Part shown: positions 23,390 through 31,514 of the stretch, in pieces
Numbering within the stretch: position 1 is the stretch's first letter
Layout: every line of letters starts with the position of its first letter
IMG/VR virus record: IMGVR_UViG_3300045988_027647
Location: 1 to 35,805 of that record
DNA from: a virus
Length of the DNA stretch: 35,805 nt
Direction: 5' to 3' (one strand)
Made by a program: the position numbers and the translations under genes
Notes under the pieces: model-generated
What the model was told of the DNA's origin: nothing
Database searches by the model: none
Seen by the model: the letters and a program-made list of their open reading frames with translations, nothing else

Positions 23390-24759
23390 ACTCTATATTT
23401 TTTAATTAGTTCCTTAACCATATTCATTAAGCCGTTCTGCGTGTCCGCTTTCCCGGTCAACGCTCCAATAACCCTTTCGTCAATTGTACCCCTCGTAATG
23501 ATGTGGTGTACAAACACGCTGTTCTTTTGTCCCTGTCTCCATAACCGCGCGTTGAACTGCTGGTATAACTCCAAGCTCCAAGTAGTACCGTACCATATTA
23601 TACGGTTGCCACCCTTCTGCATATTCAGACCGTGCCCCGCGCTAGCCGGGTGTGTCACTAGGACGGGTATTTGTCCTTCGTTCCACCTGCGTACGCTATC
23701 CACGCCTTCAAGGGCTTCCGCTCCGAAACTCTTTAGAGCTTCCAGTATCCGGTGCTTCTCGTGCTGGAAGTTGTAAGCCACCAGCACGGGCGACCCGTTC
23801 GCGGCTTCCACCATCTCTACTAGCGTCTCTAGCTTCTCGTTGTGGACCTCGTGCACCCGCCGATCGGCATCGTAGATCGCACCGCCCGCAAACTGCAGGA
23901 GCTTGTTCGATAGGGCGGCGGCGCTTAGTGCTGTGATTTCTTCTTCCTGCATAAGCTCCAGCACTTGATCCTCTTCAAACTTATCGTACTGCTTCTTCAC
24001 CTTCGGCGATAACTCCACGTAGTTGTTGAGGTATGTAAGTTCCGGCATATCCAGGAAGTCTAGGGCTTTCATTGATAGAGTTATGTCGGCTATCTTTTCG
24101 CCTAATACCGCCTCGGTTGTTGCAAGTGGTTTGTACTCGTAAACGATCCCGCCGTTTTGTGCTCCGGGTCTAAAGTAGTTAGCCCGGTAATCGGTTATCG
24201 TCTTTCCTAACCGTTGCCCCCCATCGACTAAATACATTTGTGCCCATAGGTCTATTAGTCCGTTTGGCGCGGGCGTTCCCGTCAGACCAACCACCCGGCT
24301 AACGCTACGCCGGATAATCTTCGCGGCCTTAAAGCGTTTTGATTGGTGATTCTTGAAAGAGGATAGTTCGTCTAGTACTAACATGTCGTACGGTACTTTA
24401 GACCCGCCCCACATTTGCAGAAGCCATACGAGATTGTCACGGCTCACTGTGTAAACGTCTGCGTCTGCTCGTGCGGCGATCTCGCGTTGTTTGGCGGTGC
24501 CTTTAATGACTGACAAACGAAGGTGGCGGATATGCGCCCAGTTCTCGATCTCATCGCCCCACGTCATTTCGGCGACGCGCTTTGGCGCTACTATCAGAAC
24601 CTTAGTAACTTCGAACTCGTTTATTAGATCGGCTACGGCTGTTAGCGTGCTCACTGTCTTTCCCAGTCCCATATCAAGGAATAGAGCCGCGTCGGGGTGA
24701 TCCTTGATGTGCTGGACGGCGGTACGCTGATAGCCGTGTAAATTACTCCTCTGTAACAT
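23386..24759 (-). CDS. SNF2/SWI2-family helicase, 457 aa
   Basis: LHGYQ, DMGLGKT (motif I), LDELSSFKN (motif II), GTPAPN (motif III), and the C-terminal helicase motifs HPASAGHGLNMQ and QQFNARLWRQGQ. Confidence 0.9.
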   Translation of the reverse strand: MLQRSNLHGYQRTAVQHIKDHPDAALFLDMGLGKTVSTLTAVADLINEFEVTKVLIVAPKRVAEMTWGDEIENWAHIRHLRLSVIKGTAKQREIAARADADVYTVSRDNLVWLLQMWGGSKVPYDMLVLDELSSFKNHQSKRFKAAKIIRRSVSRVVGLTGTPAPNGLIDLWAQMYLVDGGQRLGKTITDYRANYFRPGAQNGGIVYEYKPLATTEAVLGEKIADITLSMKALDFLDMPELTYLNNYVELSPKVKKQYDKFEEDQVLELMQEEEITALSAAALSNKLLQFAGGAIYDADRRVHEVHNEKLETLVEMVEAANGSPVLVAYNFQHEKHRILEALKSFGAEALEGVDSVRRWNEGQIPVLVTHPASAGHGLNMQKGGNRIIWYGTTWSLELYQQFNARLWRQGQKNSVFVHHIITRGTIDERVIGALTGKADTQNGLMNMVKELIKKYRV

Positions 24760-24961
24760 TGTTAGCCATTAATTTAAATATCACGTTCTTCTCCTCATCT
24801 CCCACTACCGAAACACATTGAAATTCAGGGATATTAGCCGCGGTGCATCGTGGTGTATTCAAGTCCCAACCAACGGTATAAAATATGCAGCCTTTGCACG
24901 CTACGTTCTCGTCTACTTCCACCGCGGCGTATGTACGTCCGTCTACTCTTATCGTTTTCAT
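24743..24961 (-). CDS. Small 4-Cys protein, 72 aa (paralog of 23186-23389)
   Basis: ORF track. It contains CKGC...C...C and the shared C-terminal VIFK motif. It has an ATGA overlap with the methyltransferase stop, and its 3' end overlaps the SNF2 start by 17 nt. Confidence 0.6.
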   Translation of the reverse strand: MKTIRVDGRTYAAVEVDENVACKGCIFYTVGWDLNTPRCTAANIPEFQCVSVVGDEEKNVIFKLMANNVTEE

Positions 24962-25437
24962 AACCTTATAAATTTTCCTTCTAGTTCATTACATTCTAAT
25001 ATATCTGCGTCCTCTTCACCGTACGCGATTAACACGCTACCACATCCGGGTGTCCCAGCTTCTGTACCGTCAGGCCTTAGAAACTTAATTCTACCTTTCA
25101 AGAACTTAACGGCGGATGCTTTGTCGAACACTTCCGTGTGAAATAGTTCCGTGTCAGTCCTCGAGAATATTAAAGCCGTTCCCCGGTTGTGCTCTGTCAT
25201 CCGGCGCATAAAATGGTTTATCAGCGGGCGGGAATACGGCGGGTTAAGCCATACGCGCCCCTCCCATTTTTGCGCTAGTCCGTCGTCGAATTCATTATAC
25301 ATCACTTTGGCGGTTTTGAATAGCGGTACGCTCGGTGCGCACGGATCTAAATCAAATTTTCCTAAACTGTCTATAATGAATTTGGGCGTGTACCACTCAT
25401 CAGAGTATGAGCTAGATTTTTTGAATCCCTCATTCAT
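24958..25437 (-). CDS. DNA N6-adenine methyltransferase (phage Dam-type), 159 aa
   Basis: EWYTP...FDLDPCAP...WLNPPYS motifs. The start is set at ATG 25437, which forms an ATGA overlap with the upstream stop. The track start at 25503 would overlap the upstream gene by 70 nt. Confidence 0.85.
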   Translation of the reverse strand: MNEGFKKSSSYSDEWYTPKFIIDSLGKFDLDPCAPSVPLFKTAKVMYNEFDDGLAQKWEGRVWLNPPYSRPLINHFMRRMTEHNRGTALIFSRTDTELFHTEVFDKASAVKFLKGRIKFLRPDGTEAGTPGCGSVLIAYGEEDADILECNELEGKFIRL

Positions 25438-25862
25438 AGCCCTAAATCCTTTTTGTACAACATATCGAAAATATCGTCCAGCGTGTACCGCTCCGGGAAA
25501 CACTTAAGGACCTCGGCGATTACGTCCAGCATATCAGGGAACTTTGATTTGATCCCTAGCAGGTCCTTCAGGGATTCCGCCCGGTTAGCGTTAAACACTT
25601 CTTCCTTGTAAACCTCTGCCACTGTGTCGGCTCCCTCGAATACCACGCCCTCGCCTTTATGAAGTTCCCGGCGGCTGTACTCCCTGCGTAGTATGTTATC
25701 CGGTACTTCTGATATTAAATATTGTTGCAGGTTCTCTGGTAACTGCTTGATAGCGTCCCCAATCGCATAGCCCTCGGCGGGCGTTCCGTTCGCCATCTTC
25801 GTAACCACATCGCAAAATAGATTGATGCGGTCTGCCTTTAGTTTCTTGTTGAAGTCTACCAT
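25434..25862 (-). CDS. Hypothetical early protein, 142 aa
   Basis: ORF track. It is coupled to both neighbouring genes. No motif recognised. Confidence 0.55.
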   Translation of the reverse strand: MVDFNKKLKADRINLFCDVVTKMANGTPAEGYAIGDAIKQLPENLQQYLISEVPDNILRREYSRRELHKGEGVVFEGADTVAEVYKEEVFNANRAESLKDLLGIKSKFPDMLDVIAEVLKCFPERYTLDDIFDMLYKKDLGL

Positions 25863-26290
25863 TATTCGATCCCTCCCTCTATTATAATCAGTTCGTCAAT
25901 CCTAACCGCTATCGCTTTATACCCTTGCCAGTTAACCGCGGCAAATGGTGCGTTGCATGATACCTCTACAGTTCCGTCAGCATTGTCAGCTAGAAACCAA
26001 CAAGAAAAAATATCCCCGTTACGCTCTACGGCCAGCTCCGAGTTAGGTATGATCGTCAGCAGTTCATCGCTTAGATCGTTCTCCGTGAAGTTACGGCCAA
26101 AACGTTTGCTACGTTCTGTCATTGCAAGGTGATAACCATTGTTGTATAAGAACGCGTTTAGTTCCTTGACGGTGCCTACGCTCTTTGACTCCCGGCGGCC
26201 TGCGTTCCGTACCTGTGATAACTTTATGCGCCCGTTAGGTAATTTAGATACTTCCAGGATCTCGCCGCTATTGCTTTTATATACTTCCAT
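25862..26290 (-). CDS. Hypothetical early protein, 142 aa
   Basis: ORF track. No motif recognised. Confidence 0.55.
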   Translation of the reverse strand: MEVYKSNSGEILEVSKLPNGRIKLSQVRNAGRRESKSVGTVKELNAFLYNNGYHLAMTERSKRFGRNFTENDLSDELLTIIPNSELAVERNGDIFSCWFLADNADGTVEVSCNAPFAAVNWQGYKAIAVRIDELIIIEGGIE

Positions 26291-26297
26291 GATGATC

Positions 26298-26735
26298 TTA
26301 TTTGTTTAGGGATTCATTAATTGCTTCTGCCATCTTCTTAAGTTCGTTACGTGAGATGTTAACGGTGAACTGGTTGCCCGGGCTGAATATCTGCCACACA
26401 CCTGCCATCTTCGGGAAACGTGCGGTATGTCCCGCCGGGTTGTTGAGATAAACAATCTCGTTGCTACTTGACGGTTTGTACTCGGCCAGGCTTAAGAGCG
26501 TCTTAACTGCCTTGTCCGCGTCTCCTAGGTCTATATCCATTTCCCATGAACTGGTCCCGGCCAGTTGTCCGGTGATCTGATAGGTTACCGCGTCGCCCTT
26601 CGTGACTTCCACGATCTTACATGTTCCCAGGCGGAAAGACTTAAGCGTTTTTAAACTGCCTGTTGCGGTTGATACTTGTGCCATGGCACTAACTGATAAT
26701 AAAACTACTGCTAAAATACTGATTAACTTTTTCAT
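26298..26735 (-). CDS. Secreted protein with a cleavable signal peptide, 145 aa
   Basis: MKKLISILAVVLLSVSAMA-QV is a classic Sec signal with an AxA cleavage motif. The gene has its own promoter/leader cassette directly upstream. Confidence 0.65.
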   Translation of the reverse strand: MKKLISILAVVLLSVSAMAQVSTATGSLKTLKSFRLGTCKIVEVTKGDAVTYQITGQLAGTSSWEMDIDLGDADKAVKTLLSLAEYKPSSSNEIVYLNNPAGHTARFPKMAGVWQIFSPGNQFTVNISRNELKKMAEAINESLNK

Positions 26736-26775
26736 GATTTCTAATTTTTAATTGGTTTATTTCCTTTTGACATTT

Positions 26776-26806
26776 CAAAGATACGGGTTCTTTTCATACT
26801 ACCAAA
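26776..26806 (-). promoter_or_regulatory. Bacteroidota-type promoter (-33 TTTG, 19 nt, -7 TATCTTTG)
   Basis: Minus strand: TTTG 26806-26803 and TATCTTTG 26783-26776. The promoter plus leader (GAAATGTCAAAAGGAAATAAACCAATTAAA) is nearly identical to 28923-28985. Confidence 0.6.
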
Positions 26807-26851
26807 ATATAGGGTAAACTCTTAACTTTGATTTGCATTAAACGCTCCTAA

Positions 26852-27193
26852 TTAACGCCCGTTAACATAAAAGTCTATTAATTCCTTCAAATCGTTGTAC
26901 TCGTCAGAGTTCGACACTACGCGTACATTGAAGTCTAGCGCGGCGATCCGATCCAAAATAACGCGCTGTATCGGTCTAGGTTTGCAGCCCGTAGACTTGA
27001 ATTCAACAAAGATAACCGTCCCGCCCGGTAACAAGTACATCCGATCCGGCAAACCATTAATAAATTGGGATAGCAGTTTAACTGCCATCCCTCCTTTACT
27101 CTCGACGTACTTAGACATAGTACGCTCGAATACCTTTTCGCTAGTTTCCGTTGCCTTCATCCGTTGGTACGTTAATATGCAGGCTCGCGCCAT
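26852..27193 (-). CDS. VRR-NUC domain nuclease, 113 aa (start uncertain)
   Basis: GLPDRMYLLPGG..IFVEFKSTG...RPIQ matches the PD...E-x-K core of VRR-NUC. The first ATG overlaps the upstream ORF by 53 nt. Internal ATGs at 27160 or 27118 are alternative starts. Confidence 0.75.
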   Translation of the reverse strand: MARACILTYQRMKATETSEKVFERTMSKYVESKGGMAVKLLSQFINGLPDRMYLLPGGTVIFVEFKSTGCKPRPIQRVILDRIAALDFNVRVVSNSDEYNDLKELIDFYVNGR

Positions 27194-27410
27194 TTGTCAC
27201 TTTGCACGCTTTGCGTAGTGCTACGTAATTCTTTCGGGCCGTGGTTGCTTCCGTCCATGTCAGAAGGGCGCACCCTTCTATATCGCTCCATTGGTCGGCC
27301 TCCTTGTCATACGCTTGCAGCTTATACATACCGCAAAAATACCCTACATTCTTATCCGGTGTTATCCGTGTCGAGCCATCACGAGACTTTAGTTTTTTCT
27401 TGTTACTCAT
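27141..27410 (-). CDS. Hypothetical early protein, 89 aa
   Basis: ORF track. Its start overlaps the upstream stop by 8 nt. No motif recognised. Confidence 0.5.
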   Translation of the reverse strand: MSNKKKLKSRDGSTRITPDKNVGYFCGMYKLQAYDKEADQWSDIEGCALLTWTEATTARKNYVALRKACKVTNGASLHINVPTDEGNGN

Positions 27411-28344
27411 TGCTGTATTCTTTTAATAAAATTTCCGCCGCTTCCTCGGCTGTTATTAATTTAAATCCATTCTCTAAAGGAAGTACACATCTTTCCCCAG
27501 CAGGGTGTTTGATAACTGAATACAATAGTCTAATCGCCGTAACTTTTTCCTCTTCTATGTCTACCGATTCGACTATATAGAGGGAAATCCCGCTCTTCAA
27601 ATATGATCCGCGTACAATGTTGCCGTACTTCTCTCGAAACGTTTCTCTCTGTTCCGCTATGGCTTCCTCGCGCTTCTTGTTCTTCCACTCTTCCTTTTGC
27701 CGGGCTAGTTCCCTTATCGCCGATTCCGGGCTAATCGCGGTGAGTTCCGTCCCGTCACATAAATAGAACATACCCCGCTTTACTCCCGATAGCATCCGTA
27801 CCGTAAATTCAAATTTATAAGTGCTCCGGTTGGTTATCATTCCCAGGGTTTCCACCCCTTCGAAATTGAAAACTACATAGCCATTAACCGCAATAGGGTT
27901 TTTTAATTCTTCTAGTCCTCTGGAAATTATCCCGGCCTCCGTCACCGAGCACCTACGGTCCAAAAAATCTGGCGTTCCGTGGCCCCCGAACATTTGGCGC
28001 ATCACGTGTTTATAATCCTCCAGGCTGCTCCAGCAGTCAGGCCTGAAGGGACTTTCCCAAAACACTACAATAAAGTTCTTATCTGATCTTACACTCCACG
28101 CGTTCGTATTCTGAACCATCCATTCGAAAATAACGTCCTGCTGGTTACGCGTGAGACGCAAACCGTCTTCTCCCAGCACCAACAAAATAAGGTTAGGGGA
28201 AACTTTTCCCTCTTTTAAGTCCCGTGTAATTTTGGCCTTTAAGCCTTGTTCAATACTTTCCATACGATAAAATTTTATAAGTTTAATTGGATAATACGCG
28301 GCGATCGCGATAAGCGCCACCGCTAATATAATATATAATATCAT
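27403..28344 (-). CDS. N-terminally membrane-anchored hypothetical protein, 313 aa
   Basis: The N-terminal TM segment is MILYIILAVALIAIAAYYPI. The remainder is soluble with a charged helix (KEEWKNKKREEAIAEQRE). No motif recognised. Confidence 0.6.
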   Translation of the reverse strand: MILYIILAVALIAIAAYYPIKLIKFYRMESIEQGLKAKITRDLKEGKVSPNLILLVLGEDGLRLTRNQQDVIFEWMVQNTNAWSVRSDKNFIVVFWESPFRPDCWSSLEDYKHVMRQMFGGHGTPDFLDRRCSVTEAGIISRGLEELKNPIAVNGYVVFNFEGVETLGMITNRSTYKFEFTVRMLSGVKRGMFYLCDGTELTAISPESAIRELARQKEEWKNKKREEAIAEQRETFREKYGNIVRGSYLKSGISLYIVESVDIEEEKVTAIRLLYSVIKHPAGERCVLPLENGFKLITAEEAAEILLKEYSNE

Positions 28345-28535
28345 TCTTTTGTTACATAGGTTAGATTAACCCGCTTAACCGTAAATCCCGCTAGGGTCCG
28401 ACACTCGGCGATATACCGCCGTTCCGATTCTATGTCTGATACGACATACACACCTAAACTATCTTGGACTTCTGCATAGTCCTGTACTATAACGCCGTCC
28501 GTCGTTATAATCAATGCTCTTAATATCTGTACCAT
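28341..28535 (-). CDS. Hypothetical small protein, 64 aa
   Basis: ORF track, with the start moved from 28586 to the internal ATG at 28535 (MVQILRALI...). It has an ATGA overlap with the next gene. Confidence 0.45.
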   Translation of the reverse strand: MVQILRALIITTDGVIVQDYAEVQDSLGVYVVSDIESERRYIAECRTLAGFTVKRVNLTYVTKE

Positions 28536-28539
28536 ATCA

Positions 28540-28626
28540 TTAAATATTAGTTGTTGGCTCGCAGCACAACAAAATGAATAATACAAATAGGATCGCCCAA
28601 AACGTGTAAACTACAAATTGTTTCAT
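28540..28626 (-). CDS. Possible tiny membrane peptide, 28 aa
   Basis: Hand translation gives MKQFVVYTFWAILFVLFILLCCEPTTNI. This is speculative. It would explain why the longer 28586 start is unlikely. Confidence 0.25.
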   Translation of the reverse strand: MKQFVVYTFWAILFVLFILLCCEPTTNI

Positions 28627-28749
28627 AACTAAAATATTTTAAAGGTTGATATTGCGTGATTAAAATCTGATTCGCTAGCACTCCGCACTGTGTGCATATC
28701 AGGGGTAAAACCCTTCGCCCATATAGCGGCACGTATTTCTTTAGCTTCC

Positions 28750-28911
28750 TCAAGGGAAAAGGGTTTTCAACGCCTTAACTAGTTTCTGCATTTTCATTGA
28801 ACTACGTTCGATTTGTTTCTTTGTAGGCTCCCCGAAGAACCCTTTCTTGTTCCAGAAGCGGCGGCGTGCCGCCATTTCTTTATCATCTAAGATGCCTTGA
28901 TTACTTTTCAT
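28750..28911 (-). CDS. Hypothetical small basic protein, 53 aa
   Basis: Hand translation gives MKSNQGILDDKEMAARRRFWNKKGFFGEPTKKQIERSSMKMQKLVKALKTLFP. It lies directly downstream of the promoter/leader cassette at 28923-28985. Confidence 0.45.
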   Translation of the reverse strand: MKSNQGILDDKEMAARRRFWNKKGFFGEPTKKQIERSSMKMQKLVKALKTLFP

Positions 28912-28951
28912 AACTGTAATACTTTAATTGGTTTATTTCCTTTTGACGTTT

Positions 28952-28982
28952 CAAAGATACGACTTAATCCTGAACTACCAAA
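28952..28982 (-). promoter_or_regulatory. Bacteroidota-type promoter (-33 TTTG, 19 nt, -7 TATCTTTG)
   Basis: Minus strand: TTTG 28982-28979 and TATCTTTG 28959-28952. The upstream element TACTAAAGTTTTTTGAGAAA is shared with the promoter at 1037-1101. Confidence 0.6.
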
Positions 28983-29000
28983 ACTTTTCTCAAAAAACTT

Positions 29001-29040
29001 TAGTATATTAACAAAAATAAAGTCTCGCGTATCACTACGA
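29001..29040 (-). terminator. Rho-independent terminator after the primase-helicase gene
   Basis: The minus-strand RNA reads AAAGUCU(UUCG)-loop-(CGCG)AGACUUU followed by AUUUUUG. It lies about 80 nt downstream of the stop at 29119. Confidence 0.55.
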
Positions 29041-29118
29041 AAGACTTTTTAACTGAAAAACCACCCTAAAAGTATTAACCTTAAAAATTAGAAAAGAAAG
29101 TATTGTTTTAATTTGATG

Positions 29119-31509
29119 TTACAAAGATAGCAATTTTCTGCTTTCCTCGCTACCTTTACGGATATAAACTACTTGTCGGCCGTACAATTTAGTTCTATTT
29201 AACTTTCCTTTAAACCAGCCCTTCATTTGCCGTATCGCTGTTGCCAGTTCGCGCCCCTTCGCACTTGTATAATCTTCTTTCCGGCGTCCCAGTGCATCGA
29301 CCCAAAGCTCCATTAAACAGAACTCGTTTTTAACGGTGTCTCCGATCTCATCCAATGATCCCGCTAGGAAATCGGCTCGTTGTTGTTCGGTGCGGTCTTC
29401 ATAGTCAGCTGGGAAAAACTTATCTACGTAGTTTTCTATAATACCTACTAGCGGGCTTTCTTCTGTAAATTCCTCGCGTCCCTCGTTTGCAATCGCTTCA
29501 GCTTCATCGGATAAAATAAGGCTTTCACCTAACATGTACAGCTCCATAGCCTCGGCCCAAAGTTGGTCTACTACGTCCTCGAATGACTTCTCAAACAACT
29601 TGTGCGTGTTTTTGTTGGCGCGTACCTCGATCGGAAAGAAACGGCGGTTTCCGGTCTTGTCCTTCAAAAATTCATCATCGTTTGTAGACCCGAAAAATAC
29701 ACATTGTCGGCGGTGCGTTTTTACCCGGCGGGCGTATGCGCTACGATACGTATCTTCACGTTTGCTTATGAAGTTCTTAGTAGCCTCCACGTCCGAACGG
29801 CGAAGGGCCGACAACTCGGCTAGCTCCACTATCCAAGCATGCTGTATCGCTTCGTACGCTTTTTGGCCGGACACGTCCGTTAATGAGTCGTTGAACCAAC
29901 CTTTAGACAACGCTTGTATAAGCGTGGACTTTCCCGCGCCCTGTCCTGAATACATAACCAGCGCTGTATCAAATTTGCGGCCTGGCTCATAAACTCTAGT
30001 AACGGCGGCAACCAGCATTTTGCGGAACGCCTCGGAAACGTATATGCTAGGCTCTGCCCCCATGTATTCAACCAAGAAATTATCAATACGTTTCACGCCG
30101 TCCCACCTTTGCGCCTCTAGATACTTCTTGATAGGGTGGAAAGCATTTTCACTGCAGACCTTTTCCAGCGCATCGTTTAATTTGCTGTCATTATAAATAC
30201 CGTGCAAATCTTCTATGCGTCCACGGACAATCGCTACGGCGGTATCGTCCAGCATATCACCCTTCTTGATGTCCTTCGAGAAGAACGGCGTACGGGTGTA
30301 CACGATCGTATCAAGAAACAAGTCGTATGCTAAAAGATCATTTAACAGCGGATCACATTTGAAGGCGTTAACGAAGTTGCGAACGGTACACAATTTATCA
30401 CCTTTGCGATCCAAGTCCCAAACAAGTTCGGCGGCGGTCTGCGCGTCGCTCTTAACCTCGTCCGTGTAATCCTCGAAGTCGGCTAGATCATCGTCCACGG
30501 CTACCATATCTTTAACGCATTCTTTATCCGCGCAAATTAGCTTGTTCATCTCGCGGGTGCTATCTTCTTTACCTAGGTGTCCGAACTTGTGCACACGTAC
30601 CAAATCGTAGGCATTGTATGCGTGTCCGTCTCCGATCGGGTCGGTTGAGTGGTGAGAAAAACAAAGCACGTCATCATACACTACCAGCCCAGCAGCGCCC
30701 GATCCAAGGACGTACGTATAACGACCGTTTTCCGCTTCTGTGTAAACGTCTGGAAGGTACTTGTCTATTGCTGCCTGTATCGTGTACGAGCGGCAAAACG
30801 CGCCTACCAAACCTTCTTTATCGCGGGGGTCTTTCGCCATCTCTTTACTAATAATAGAACGGGTATCACGTTCTACTTCTGAATGGAACGCCCATTTGCG
30901 CACGTCGCGCCATTCTTCATTGTCTCCGTACAAACCTATTAGATACTCCGCGCTGATCGGTTCACCTTCGAATACTTCGAATAGTCCGGTTTGGTCTTTG
31001 GAAAGCGACTGCCAGTACATCATACGTTCGGGCTGGAAGGTTGTTTTATCAAATAAATCAATGCCTAACAACTCGGCTACTTTACGCGCCGCGGCTTCGT
31101 ACATAGTCACGTCTGTAACCTCTTCCTTAAACGGCATTATAAGACGGTAACGGCGTGATCCGGGGCGGTCTGAACGCGTTGTATATATAGCTGCTGCCAC
31201 ACCCGGAAAACGATCCGCAAAATCGAACGGGAAAAGATCATCTCCGAAGTCTACATCTAGCGTAATCATCGAACGGGACATAACGGCCTTCTTAAGGCGT
31301 TGCGCGCCAGACAACTCGCCAGCCATGAATCCGCCCACGTCCTTCAAAGACGATTTGGCGGGCTTGTCTAATTTATCGTACTCGCGTACCGTTTCATTGG
31401 TAATAACGGGAGTTCCTAAACGTTTTACAAAATCGTCCCATGTGAGGCGCACCGCCTTCCATTTCAGAGACGCCGAAGAACCTGCAAGCGATAAGGTGTA
31501 TTTTTCCAT
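29119..31509 (-). CDS. DNA primase / SF3 helicase (VirE/D5-like, with an N-terminal primase-polymerase-like domain), 796 aa
   Basis: Walker A YSGQGAGKSTL and Walker B WIVELAEL, in a C-terminal half like VirE-type helicases. The N-terminal ITLDVDFG acidic motif resembles AEP primases. Confidence 0.8.
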   Translation of the reverse strand: MEKYTLSLAGSSASLKWKAVRLTWDDFVKRLGTPVITNETVREYDKLDKPAKSSLKDVGGFMAGELSGAQRLKKAVMSRSMITLDVDFGDDLFPFDFADRFPGVAAAIYTTRSDRPGSRRYRLIMPFKEEVTDVTMYEAAARKVAELLGIDLFDKTTFQPERMMYWQSLSKDQTGLFEVFEGEPISAEYLIGLYGDNEEWRDVRKWAFHSEVERDTRSIISKEMAKDPRDKEGLVGAFCRSYTIQAAIDKYLPDVYTEAENGRYTYVLGSGAAGLVVYDDVLCFSHHSTDPIGDGHAYNAYDLVRVHKFGHLGKEDSTREMNKLICADKECVKDMVAVDDDLADFEDYTDEVKSDAQTAAELVWDLDRKGDKLCTVRNFVNAFKCDPLLNDLLAYDLFLDTIVYTRTPFFSKDIKKGDMLDDTAVAIVRGRIEDLHGIYNDSKLNDALEKVCSENAFHPIKKYLEAQRWDGVKRIDNFLVEYMGAEPSIYVSEAFRKMLVAAVTRVYEPGRKFDTALVMYSGQGAGKSTLIQALSKGWFNDSLTDVSGQKAYEAIQHAWIVELAELSALRRSDVEATKNFISKREDTYRSAYARRVKTHRRQCVFFGSTNDDEFLKDKTGNRRFFPIEVRANKNTHKLFEKSFEDVVDQLWAEAMELYMLGESLILSDEAEAIANEGREEFTEESPLVGIIENYVDKFFPADYEDRTEQQRADFLAGSLDEIGDTVKNEFCLMELWVDALGRRKEDYTSAKGRELATAIRQMKGWFKGKLNRTKLYGRQVVYIRKGSEESRKLLSL

Positions 31510-31514
31510 ATTAA

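Noticed and set aside
28547-28753. A 68-aa minus-strand ORF (TTG start) between the 53-aa and 64-aa genes.
   Set aside because: It has a non-ATG start inside the stop region of the previous gene, an odd composition, and a different-frame overlap with a more plausible short hydrophobic ORF. The ~120 nt at 28627-28749 is more likely non-coding.
29119-29130. TATCTTTG at the extreme 3' end of the primase-helicase gene as another promoter.
   Set aside because: It is formed by the last codons (L-S-L-stop). It has no -33 element at the right spacing, and a terminator plus a complete promoter cassette follow downstream. This is most likely chance, since the motif is expected several times per strand at random.
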